Source: a virus (lineage: Duplodnaviria > Caudoviricetes). From it: a DNA stretch of 64,000 bases. The position numbers and the translations under genes are program-made. This document shows, one piece after another, positions 26,891 to 36,487 of this stretch (the first letter of the stretch is position 1; each line of letters opens with the position of its first letter). Below the pieces are notes generated by a model that saw only the letters and a program-made list of their open reading frames with translations, did no database searches and was not told the DNA's origin. The stretch lies in the IMG/VR virus record IMGVR_UViG_3300027983_002389; one strand, written 5' to 3'.

Positions 26891-27142
26891 TTGAAGATGA
26901 TGACGGTACAATGTCATTGGATAGAATTCCTGGGGTTACACAACAGGATATATTTCAGGCTTCCAATTGTCATCACAGATAAGGGACGCATTTTGAAGAA
27001 TCGCTCCGGCCCGGATTCAAAAGTCATTCCATCTTTCGATCTTGTGAAGCAAGACATGCCTGTGAAAAATAAACTAAAGTCCACGTCTAAATCCAAATAT
27101 AGGTCGATATTTGACCCAATGGACGTGCAGGCCGAACTATGA
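26891..27142 (+). CDS. hypothetical protein with C-terminal KYRSIFDP motif
   Basis: ORF; motif shared with other window proteins. Confidence 0.5.
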   Translation: MKMMTVQCHWIEFLGLHNRIYFRLPIVITDKGRILKNRSGPDSKVIPSFDLVKQDMPVKNKLKSTSKSKYRSIFDPMDVQAEL

Positions 27143-27380
27143 GCGAATCAATTTGGTTAGAGGCGGCGGTCAAATTTCTAAAAATATCCTGGGAAGACGT
27201 GCAAGACGGAGACGTGGTGTATTACCGAATTATCCGTCGCCACCATGATAATAATGCCCACGGTCCATTTATCGTGGTCGATAAAACCCGTGGCAGATTA
27301 CGAAATGGCAGTGGGTTTGAACTGAATTTCAATTCTGCTAATTTAGAGTTATTGAAGTTCGATCTCGTGTCCATATTGAT

Positions 27381-27454
27381 GGGCGATTAGCTCAGTTGGT
27401 TAGAGCATCTGCTTTACACGCAGAGGGTCGGGGGTTCGAGTCCCTCATCGCCTA
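27381..27454 (+). tRNA. tRNA-Val(TAC)
   Basis: Canonical cloverleaf. Confidence 0.92.
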
Positions 27455-27498
27455 CTCGAATTTACAAGCCGTCGCTTTTATGGTATAGTTCCACCACT

Positions 27499-27960
27499 AT
27501 GGCACAGAAACTTTTTATTCCGAATCTCGGAACGCTGATGATTTTGGCTGAGGATTGGACGTTCAAGCTCTTTTTTGAGAGCAGAAACGACACTATGATT
27601 CAGGCTTTTGGCGGCAAAAAGGGCAAATGGTGGTGGGAAGACGATCTCAACCCCGATGATTTCGTGGACGGTATAGTTCCACCCATCGAATATGAGAAGG
27701 CCATGTCCGAGGAACAGTTGGATAATTCCTATAAATCCTTCCGGGCAACCAACGCCAAAGACAAGCCATATATTCGAGTCACTCTGCCCAAAGGCACCCA
27801 ACTCAAGATCGACCGAATCTACGTTCGCCGAGGCAGTGAATCGTTCAGTTCTGTGACATTTCGTACAACCAAAATTTGCCCTGAAAAGAAATTCGCAAGT
27901 AAGCGTTTTTGGGCAAAACTTCGGGAAGCCAATGAAATTGTTGCCGACGTTATTGGGTAG
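27499..27960 (+). CDS. conserved-looking jumbo-phage hypothetical protein
   Basis: DWTF.L..E.RN, LP.GT.L.IDRIYVR, RFW.KL; promoter TTTACA-17-TATAGT at 27461-27489. Confidence 0.7.
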   Translation: MAQKLFIPNLGTLMILAEDWTFKLFFESRNDTMIQAFGGKKGKWWWEDDLNPDDFVDGIVPPIEYEKAMSEEQLDNSYKSFRATNAKDKPYIRVTLPKGTQLKIDRIYVRRGSESFSSVTFRTTKICPEKKFASKRFWAKLREANEIVADVIG

Positions 27961-28331
27961 TTCGCCCTGTAACATGCAACACACTCAAGTTTGGAGATCA
28001 CCGCAAAAAATCGACTGTAAAAACTAACTTTTTCGTGGTAAGATAGGTGAAGATATGTCAAAAGATAGGTGAAGATATGTCAAAACAGCTCAAAGGTCCG
28101 AACCTCGAAGGTTTCTCTGTGGGATCGTGGTGTCCGACGCCGGACGGCACAGGAAAACCAACCGCAGTTGCCATCACTTTGCAGGTTCAAGGCTTAGGGG
28201 ATTTGGTGATGAAACTAAAATCTCCAGAACGTGTTGATGAAATTGTGCGATTACTCCTACAATATAAGCAGGAGGTTTGGCCGAAACCGACTACAGATGG
28301 TCAGCATCGGCACGCAAACCTCAACTGATAT

Positions 28332-28402
28332 TGCCCGATGGTGTAATGGTAGCACGACTGACTCTGACTCAGTTGGTCCAAGTTCGAGTCTTGGTTGGGC
28401 AA
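28332..28402 (+). tRNA. tRNA-Gln(CTG)
   Basis: Loop CTCTGAC. Confidence 0.88.
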
Positions 28403-28868
28403 CTAAATATGGCAAGATCATCATGCAAAGACCAAAGCATCACTCAAAAGAATGATGCAAGCAGCATTGGAAACAAGCATTGGAAACAAGCGTCGGAAGG
28501 CTCGTAAGGCCAAGACAAATTCCAATAAACGTGACCGACAATTTCTTCAGAAAGACTTAAAGGAACAGATCATGGAATTGTGTTAACTTAAATGAAGCCC
28601 GGTCCTCGATGGACAAGGCTGTTGACTTTTTCCGTGACCAGCTAAGAGGCATTATGTACGGAGAAATTTCTCTATGAGCAGCGTTTGCCCTCAAGCAGAT
28701 CTTATTGACTTCAAGGTGTCTTGTTTATGACTCATCCGAATATGATCCCGGTCAGTTGCTCCAATGTAGCCGAAATGCGTATGTTGGCGAAACAGATGCG
28801 GGTTTTATGTCTTTCGGACCCTGATAAGGTTGAGGGATATGAGGCATCGTCTACCAAAGTAGAAGCTG

Positions 28869-29249
28869 ATGGTGTTGCCGACGAGGCGAATGTCTTTGGT
28901 TTCACCTGACAAGCGATCTGCTGCGTTGCGGGAAGATATTGTAGCGAGTGGACATTTTGACAAGCGATCTGCTGCGTTGCGGGAAGATATTGTAGCGAGT
29001 GGACATTTGCGATTCATTCACTATTCACCAGACGGTCGTATCGTGAATGTTGTGTATACTTTGCTGGAGCCACCAGAGAGTGCAAAGGAATGGAACCTAT
29101 CCATGAGCCATGCCACTCTCGCCGGGCCGAGGCGTGTTGAAGATGATCTTGCCAAAATGATTTGCGAAGCGTTTTTGGATGACCTCTATCAAGAGGTTGA
29201 CCCTAAAGCGTATTGGAAAAACGTGAGACATTTTGTCAAAGCTGTGTGA
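28869..29249 (+). CDS. hypothetical protein with 51-bp internal tandem duplication
   Basis: DKRSAALREDIVASGH occurs twice. Confidence 0.5.
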   Translation: MVLPTRRMSLVSPDKRSAALREDIVASGHFDKRSAALREDIVASGHLRFIHYSPDGRIVNVVYTLLEPPESAKEWNLSMSHATLAGPRRVEDDLAKMICEAFLDDLYQEVDPKAYWKNVRHFVKAV

Positions 29250-29260
29250 ACATGATGGTT

Positions 29261-29540
29261 GGTTTTGGTTTGCGTCAATATTATTACGTTGACTGCTAAA
29301 CCAGGGGAGATAACCGGAGATTGACTCTATCGTACAAGTAGTACGCCTAGCGATGGCATCAAAGGGAGATCCTTGGTAAATCCGTCAGGCCACCAGTTCA
29401 CTGAGTTCTGCGGGCTAGTCCGAGGTGAGAAGGTTGAAGGGGAAAATATCCTGTACGCAAATCAACAACGCCTACGAGTTAAGACCGGAACCGATAGTCT
29501 AGCAGTCCTTTGGTAGTGGGTTTAATTCCCACGGGGACCA
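29261..29540 (+). ncRNA. about 280-nt RNA with tRNA-like ends
   Basis: GATGGTTGGTTTT/GGGACCAACCATC; ACCAGGGGA/TCCTTTGGT; T-like arm GTGGG-TTTAATT-CCCAC. Confidence 0.55.
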
Positions 29541-29874
29541 ACCATCGTGCTTTTAGAAAGTTGTGGCAAAACAGAAGGCTAAATGACCAATATCTACAAA
29601 CCTATCCGAGACGGTCCAACAGGCAGTCAAATCCTTGATTGGAACTACTTAGAGAACCTAATGCCACTAAAGCGAATTATTCGCAGATGTTGGATGCCCT
29701 CTGGCCACCGGCTTGCCGAGATCAGAGACATGGTTTGAGTGGGTCTTGGCACTGGCAGGCTGTCATAAGTGGGGATTTTGTCATAGAATAGCCGAACTAA
29801 GGTTTGCTCAAAGGGAGTGGACACGAATAAGGCAAATAAAGACAGAATGGGACCACAGATTATCTGCTACATTT

Positions 29875-29944
29875 ACCCCGTCCGTTGGATTGCGGCGTCG
29901 AGTTTCCTAAACTTGATAAATTGGTTCGATTCCAATACGGGGTA
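29875..29944 (+). tRNA. atypical tRNA-Arg(CCT)
   Basis: Loop TTCCTAA; same fold as 9902 and 23789. Confidence 0.75.
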
Positions 29945-30186
29945 CTAAGGAAGCCCATGAAATATTGCACCTACATTCGACTCCAAGGAATCTTGGGCTG
30001 GTTTATCGGCTGGTTTTTGGTTGGCATATCTGATGAAGAACGAACTTCTGGATATGTGACTGATTTCGCCCAATTTGGCATCAAAATATTGCTCCTTGAA
30101 ATGGAGCCGCCACTAACTCAGAAATTTCACTTCATCCCCAAGGGGGCGAAGGTTGTAGGCTCAGGAACAATGGCGATATACAAAAC

Positions 30187-30600
30187 ATGAGGCTTTGGTC
30201 TATACATCCGTCGCTTTTAGATCAAAAAGGCTTAGTTGCTCTTTGGCGGGAGTCTTTGCTGGCTCAGAAAGTTTTGTCGGGGCAAACCAAAGGTTATAGG
30301 CAGCATCCACAACTGAACAGATTCAAGGCTTTTGAATTTCCTTTGGCGGCGATCTCAACATATTTGTGGGATGTTCAAGAAGAAGCGACTGAGCGAGGCT
30401 ATTCGTTCGATTCAACTAAAATTGTTGAACAAAGAAGTCCAGTTTCTTTGTTCGTGACTCAAGGTCAGATTGACTTTGAAGTTGAACACTTAAAGAAAAA
30501 GTTGATTCATCGTGATCCAAAATGGAAAATAACTGAAATCAAACCACATCCTATTTTTTGCATTATTGATGGGTTTATGGAATCCTGGGAAAAAACATGA
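30187..30600 (+). CDS. pyrimidine-dimer DNA glycosylase / endonuclease V family
   Basis: MRLWSIHP..LD.KGLVALWRE.LLAQ.VL, GY..HPQL. Confidence 0.9.
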   Translation: MRLWSIHPSLLDQKGLVALWRESLLAQKVLSGQTKGYRQHPQLNRFKAFEFPLAAISTYLWDVQEEATERGYSFDSTKIVEQRSPVSLFVTQGQIDFEVEHLKKKLIHRDPKWKITEIKPHPIFCIIDGFMESWEKT

Positions 30601-30784
30601 ATAAATTGTCTTTTTTTGTCTTGTTGATTTTGGTTGGGTGTGTACACAAACCAACTAAGGTGACGAATCCGACGCCGGGCGGCACAATTGTTGTTGATGA
30701 AGAAGGAAACGAATCAGAGTTCCCTCCTCCTCTGACCGAAGCAGAGTTCAAAAAATTCCAAGACGACCTCAGAAAGAAACAACC

Positions 30785-30997
30785 GTGAAACAATATGTGA
30801 TTTACGAAAAACCCAAGGACTATCCAACCAAGTTCTTGGTGCGGGAATGGATCATTGGTCCTGGAACGGTACAAGCAGGACCAATGATCTGTGCCGCTGA
30901 TACAATTGAGGAAGCACGAGCCAGCCTACCCGAAGGCGTCGATCAGTTTCCTGTGTTTGAAAACGACGATCCGGTGATCGCCGAAGTTTGGATGTAG
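30785..30997 (+). CDS. hypothetical protein
   Basis: IY..P.DYP..F.VR.W...DDPVI.E.W pattern. Confidence 0.65.
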   Translation: MKQYVIYEKPKDYPTKFLVREWIIGPGTVQAGPMICAADTIEEARASLPEGVDQFPVFENDDPVIAEVWM

Positions 30998-30999
30998 AT

Positions 31000-31071
31000 G
31001 GGCTGTTAGTTTAACGGAAAAAACAGTGGCCTTCTAAGCCACCAATGGGGGTTCGATTCCCTCACGGCCTA
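31000..31071 (+). tRNA. tRNA-Arg(TCT)
   Basis: Loop CTTCTAA. Confidence 0.88.
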
Positions 31072-31742
31072 CTAAGTAGTTTTGGATGAAAATGCGATCT
31101 TCATCTGACATAAGATTATGGTCAAATTCCCAATGATGGTTTTTGCACATGGCAATCAAATTGTTGATGTGATTGATTTCACAAATCAAGGGATCTTTTG
31201 AAAACGAAGAGATGTCTTTAAGGGAAAAGAAAGAAAGTCAATCATGCCGCACGAAGGAAAGCCTACATGGAATGGAGAATACGTCAATTTTGGAGACATA
31301 GTGGGCAAGTTGTTTCCGGTATTGGGAGCCGAGCCATTTGTTATTGCCATAGAAGGCAGTGAAGATATGTTCTTCATGCTTTTCTCTGACGAGGAGAAGC
31401 TGCGAGACACCAGCACGAAATTTCTCAAGAAGTTGGGCGCACCAGAGAACCTTTTGAGCGTGGGACGTGTCACAAGTGAAGAGTTCGTTCAGTCCATGAT
31501 TGGCATGGGCATTCGACTCATGTGTGATCCGGTCGTAATTGACAACCACCACACCAAATGGGCAGAAATTGTTCGACAAGGCGACATTTACAAATACGTC
31601 GATGCCCAAAACAACTGAAGTGGATGAACAATTGCAAATTTCCAAAGCGTATTTGGAAAGTATTGAATCTGGCAGAAGGATTCAAAGCCGAGGGGTGGAC
31701 AATTATTTGCGGTTGTTCTTTGCTAAGGAAATTCAATTTTTT

Positions 31743-31844
31743 GATCGGATAACTCAGCGGCAGAGTCCACAGTGCGTTCGGGTGGTTTTATAGTTGCCAT
31801 TGCGAATAGCTGTGAGGTCACAGGTTCGAGTCCTGTTCCGATCA
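31743..31844 (+). ncRNA. tRNA-like RNA with extended stem replacing the anticodon loop
   Basis: GATCGGA/TCCGATC-A; canonical D and T arms; CACAG/CTGTG encloses about 37 nt. Confidence 0.7.
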
Positions 31845-31865
31845 TTTGGTTCCATACATACCAAT

Positions 31866-32495
31866 ATGGACGAGTTCAAGGATTTAGTTTATGTCAATGA
31901 AGAAGAAATCGACGGACAAGCCGGATGGTTGTGGCCCAAGGCCGATCTTTATGGTTGGCGGGGTATCTTTGCTAATTGGCGGGCAGAGCATAGGTGGGCT
32001 TATCTTGAACACATCAGGAATTTTGGAGTAGTTGTTCAAGCTGGAGGTCATTGTGGCTTGTTTCCCAGGTTGTTTGCAGGACTCTTTCAAAGGGTCTATA
32101 CCTTCGAGCCAGATGCTTTGAATTTCCATTGTCTAGTGCATAATTGCCAGCGAGACAATGTATTCAAAATGAATGCCGCTCTTGGAGCCGAGTGCAAGAT
32201 GATTGCACTACAAAAGTTCAAAGAGCCGGGCAACACTGGTACTCATGTCATAAACGGTCAGGGATTCATTCCCATGCTCACCGTTGACTGCATGAACTTC
32301 GACGCTTGTGATTTTTTGCAAGTCGATGTTGAAGGCTACGAGATCAATGTCCTAAAAGGCGCAAAGAAAACAATCCAGAAGTTTAAGCCCGTGTTGTCCG
32401 TTGAAAGAACAAATAAGGAAATCGAAGATTTCCTGAATCAATTTGGATATAATAGAGGTAGAACTGTCGAACTCGACACGATCTACTATGTTTAG
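31866..32495 (+). CDS. FkbM family methyltransferase
   Basis: VVQAGGHCG, VYTFEP, QVDVEGYE..VL.GA..TI. Confidence 0.85.
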   Translation: MDEFKDLVYVNEEEIDGQAGWLWPKADLYGWRGIFANWRAEHRWAYLEHIRNFGVVVQAGGHCGLFPRLFAGLFQRVYTFEPDALNFHCLVHNCQRDNVFKMNAALGAECKMIALQKFKEPGNTGTHVINGQGFIPMLTVDCMNFDACDFLQVDVEGYEINVLKGAKKTIQKFKPVLSVERTNKEIEDFLNQFGYNRGRTVELDTIYYV

Positions 32496-32847
32496 GAACG
32501 AACCCAAACGGTGCGTGATGGAAATAGGCGGCTATGATTTGATGTTCGATACGACAGACCCGAAAGGTTTATCGCAGCGAATAATGGACTTTGTGAATTG
32601 GCCAAAAGCCGTAATTGAAATGGTCGAACCTTTCGGATCAGATGAAGTCGATGATTTCTTTTGGTACAAGGATTTAGATTCTAAGCGTGGCTGGGACATG
32701 GAAGGAGCCGTGCCATCACTTGAAAACACAATGGTTTATTTTCTCATCCGAGAAGGACAATTGACTGTAGTTGTTGATAAAGAAATGGCTGATGCCATAA
32801 ATAACTTCATAGGAACGAACCCAAACGGTGCGGGAACTGCCTTATAA
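32488..32847 (+). CDS. hypothetical protein flanked by a 23-bp direct repeat of a tRNA 5' end
   Basis: TAGGAACGAACCCAAACGGTGCG at 32493 and 32810. Confidence 0.5.
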   Translation: MFRNEPKRCVMEIGGYDLMFDTTDPKGLSQRIMDFVNWPKAVIEMVEPFGSDEVDDFFWYKDLDSKRGWDMEGAVPSLENTMVYFLIREGQLTVVVDKEMADAINNFIGTNPNGAGTAL

Positions 32848-32901
32848 GCAGCTTACGATCTGATAAATCGAATATAGAGGGTTCAACTCCCTCCGTTCCT
32901 A
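32811..32901 (+). tRNA. tRNA-Ile with two anticodon arms (TAT and GAT)
   Basis: AGGAACG/CGTTCCT-A; CTGC-CTTATAA-GCAG then CGAT-CTGATAA-ATCG; T arm GAGGG-TTCAACT-CCCTC. Confidence 0.75.
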
Positions 32902-33200
32902 CTATGACATTATGACATGAGCAACAATAACAAGAACAAATACTACAAGTTTCCACCCCGCAAGCAGGTTCCTGTCGGCGGGGTTTGTCTTTTGTGTCAA
33001 TGCAATAGGCAAGTGCGAAAAGCAGCCCAGCCTTTTGTGCGAGGCATGGGTTTTCCTGCCTTGGCATGGGCTAGAATGCCGTTGATTTCTCCAGGTATGG
33101 TCTTCACTGGTGTCAATAACTTGACAGGTGAAGAAGAATCGTTCAAAGTACATCGTGCGTTTATCAGTATGCCGGATCGCAGTTCAGTAGAAAGAATAAA

Positions 33201-34097
33201 ATGAACATCACTCGCATTGCACCATCGCCAACTGGTGATATGCACATTGGCACAGCCAGGACTGCATATTTCAACTGGCTCGCAGCACGGGCCAATGGCG
33301 GCAAGTTTATTCTTCGTGTTGATGACACCGATCAGAAGCGGAACGATCCAGCTTACACAGAAGTCATTCTGTCCACTATGAAGTGGTTAGGTTTGGACCA
33401 CGATGAAATCGTTTATCAGAGTTCACGATTTGACGTGTACAAGGATGCTGCTGGACTTCTCGTGAAAGACGGTTGGGCAATTCCAAAGGATGGAGCCACG
33501 GTTTTCAAGCTGAAGCCCGATCATGTTTTTCCTTCTCATTGGAAGGATGAAATAAAGGGCGACATCAAAATCACCAAGGATGACATTTCTCATTTGGATG
33601 GAATGGTTCTGATAAAATCAGATGGAAGCCCTTCTTACAACTTCTGTTCGATTGTTGATGATTCGCACATGGGCGTTAACTTCATCATTCGAGGAGTGGA
33701 TCATATTACGAATACAGCAAGGCAGGTAATGCTTTGGGATGTTCTAAACAGTGGGCGTCCCCTTCCGAGGTTTGCTCATTTGGGACTTATATGTGTTGAT
33801 GGAAAGCCAATATCCAAGCGAGACGGAGCATCGAGCATGTTGAATTACATGAACGCTGGATATGATTCTGATGCTATGTTGAATTTTCTTGCTCGACTTG
33901 GTTGGGGTCCGACAAAGGACGACAAGTCCACGACGTTACTTCCGAGAGATAAGATGCTTGAATTGTTTCTGGTTTCTGGTAAGATGAGAAGCCAGCCAGC
34001 CAGCTTTGATGTTCGCAAACTGGAATCTTTTGATCGCAAGTACAAAGCACGCAAGGGCGCTTGGCGAACAGGAGAAAAGCTGATTCTTAACTCTTAA
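33201..34097 (+). CDS. gltX: glutamyl-tRNA synthetase, catalytic domain only
   Basis: RIAPSPTG.MHIG, LRVDDTD, IRGVDH, ISKR, NFLARLGW. Confidence 0.85.
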   Translation: MNITRIAPSPTGDMHIGTARTAYFNWLAARANGGKFILRVDDTDQKRNDPAYTEVILSTMKWLGLDHDEIVYQSSRFDVYKDAAGLLVKDGWAIPKDGATVFKLKPDHVFPSHWKDEIKGDIKITKDDISHLDGMVLIKSDGSPSYNFCSIVDDSHMGVNFIIRGVDHITNTARQVMLWDVLNSGRPLPRFAHLGLICVDGKPISKRDGASSMLNYMNAGYDSDAMLNFLARLGWGPTKDDKSTTLLPRDKMLELFLVSGKMRSQPASFDVRKLESFDRKYKARKGAWRTGEKLILNS

Positions 34098-34998
34098 TGG
34101 GATCACGATAATGAATGATGGAGCTACAGACATCGAAGTCGAACCAAAGTGGTTGATCGAATGTGCAAAAGATAAGGCGTGCGAGCAATTCGTGCGTCGT
34201 TGTCGATATGCCATTCGCATTGAGAAGATTGACAACGCTGGTTTACATGCTGGTGCGCCCATGTACTTTTACTGCAAAGAATGCGGCATTCCAACGGAAG
34301 TCTTGCCAGAAGACTATTTGTTCCCGCCGATGCGTCAATGCAGTCAGTGTCAGGGATTGCACCAACATGGTTGGTTGGAATACGCCAAGTCTATGGCAAA
34401 GGATGACGACCTATAGGATTGAATGAATATCCCAGGGATATATGTTATACCCCGGACATACTTTCGGTGCTTGACCGATGGTTAGTCCGGGGTATAATTA
34501 TTTACTATGAACGATAATGAGCAAACTGTAGAGAAAAAGCCTGTATCCTTGAGGGATATTTCTCTTGGTATATTGGGCGTATCCATCATACTTGCAATAT
34601 TCGCTTTCCCGATGTTGTACCTCTTGAATTTTTTGTTGCCGGTCGTTGGAATAGAACGTCAGGTCGAATATCAACATACATTGGCGTTTGCTGTTCTTTT
34701 GTTTTGCATGGGTCGATGTGTCGCTCCAGCCAAGTAATTTACAACCGGCGAAATTTGTGGTAGAATGGCAGTGTCATGAAAAAGACAGATGCAGTTAAAT
34801 TTCTGAATTTGTTGATTGAGAAGTATCCGAACGATGCCGTTCCGATGTTGATTGACATCATCGTGGACTACCTGTTGTTTCCGAGAGGGGATGGAACGAA
34901 TCCTTCTCCGACAACGTGCCTGATTGTGTTCCAAAGCGACAAATCAATGAAGTTGCAATCTCGGTATGTTGAATCGGTATAACTTAGGGTGACTTTGA

Positions 34999-35562
34999 AT
35001 GGCGGGTTCTTTAGAAAGATTTGACTTTCAAGGTCAAAGTATTGTGCGAGACGTATTTATTGAAACTGGCACCTACCTGGGGCAGACTTCTGAAAATGCG
35101 GCCCGTGCAGGATTTAACCACGTTCACACCATTGAGGTTTCTGACAGGATATTTGAGTTGGCTCAACAGCGATTTGCTGGAAGGTCAGACATAACCCCAC
35201 ATCACGGTTCCAGTCCAACTGTGCTTCCGAGTTTATGTGATCCGAATTTGTCAACTGTTTTTTATCTGGATGGTCACTACCAAGGTGGTCCTTCAGACGA
35301 GAATGATCCATTAGTTGGTGAATGTCCTTTGATATTGGAGTTGAACATTATTCGAGAGGTAGCATGGAAAGTGTTACCAATTATCATTATTGATGACTCG
35401 AAGATATTCACAATTGCGGAAGAAAGTCGTGATGACTATTTGAGAAATTGTCAACTTGATCCGGTTTTTTGGCCGACCTATCAACAAGTGACAGATGCGT
35501 TGGGACCGGCCTATACAGTTTACGAAGAAGATGATAGGCTATACTGCATACCTGGAGAATGA
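34999..35562 (+). CDS. SAM-dependent methyltransferase-like protein
   Basis: FIETGTYLG, HTIE, FYLDGHY, IIIDD. Confidence 0.75.
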   Translation: MAGSLERFDFQGQSIVRDVFIETGTYLGQTSENAARAGFNHVHTIEVSDRIFELAQQRFAGRSDITPHHGSSPTVLPSLCDPNLSTVFYLDGHYQGGPSDENDPLVGECPLILELNIIREVAWKVLPIIIIDDSKIFTIAEESRDDYLRNCQLDPVFWPTYQQVTDALGPAYTVYEEDDRLYCIPGE

Positions 35563-35950
35563 CGTGGACCAGAACTGGAAGAAATTTCTCAAGTGGCAGT
35601 GGGCAGAAACCAAAAAGTATTTCGATTTGTTGACTGATCCAACTCGGCGTAACCCGCCGATGCTGGTGTTGGCAGTCGGAGGTTTTGCATTGCTGGCTTT
35701 GTTTCTCTGGATTGTTTTATGAGTGAAATTCCAAAGGCAATTTGGATTCATCCTGTTGCTGATATTCGTCGCTACCATGCGGCAGCACGGATGATTGAGG
35801 ATGATTTGGAAGGTGCATATTTGACCTGTCGGGAAAAATATGGGGCTGATGTAGCTGGAGTATTGATTGTCGCAATACTACGGCAGAAGTTAAACGACAA
35901 AAAAGACCAATGGCCTCCACCGGAAGACCTTATTCAAAAGGTAAACAACT

Positions 35951-36458
35951 TTCTCGTGGAACACGGCCTGATGATTGATAATTTTGTTGACCGGGCGTAG
36001 GGTGCCAAGTCTACCCCCGACACACTTTCGGTGCTTGACGACAACGAGCAAACTGTCAATTAGTCTTTTTTTAGGTAGAAGAAAATGAAACGTCGTAATT
36101 TTTTACGAACAATTGCTTTTGGACTGGCATCCAGTGCTTCAATCATTGGATTTTCTGATGGAGAGCGAGACGATGTTGTCAAACGCTCGGTATGGTGTCA
36201 CCAATGTGTGGATCTGCAAAACGTACCGGCTTGGCAAATACAGGACGCAATTGCCGCTGTTGCCGCAATTGCAGATGATGTTTCAAATACAAATACAAGT
36301 ACACTTAGCATAATTGCGATTGGACAGAGTTTTGTGATTTGTCGTAATCTTGAAAGTAATGAATATTTTTTAATCGAAACTTAAAAATCGACTGATGAAA
36401 TGTTCAATACCTTCTCGTGGAACACGGCCTGATGATTGATAATTTTGTTGACCGGGCG
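35951..36458 (+). repeat. 47-bp direct repeats flanking a cassette containing ORF 36085-36384
   Basis: 35951-35997 = 36412-36458. Confidence 0.85.
36085..36384 (+). CDS. hypothetical protein with twin-arginine-like signal
   Basis: MKRRNFL. Confidence 0.5.
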   Translation: MKRRNFLRTIAFGLASSASIIGFSDGERDDVVKRSVWCHQCVDLQNVPAWQIQDAIAAVAAIADDVSNTNTSTLSIIAIGQSFVICRNLESNEYFLIET

Positions 36459-36487
36459 GGTGCGTCTGGTCAAATACAACGAAAGGG

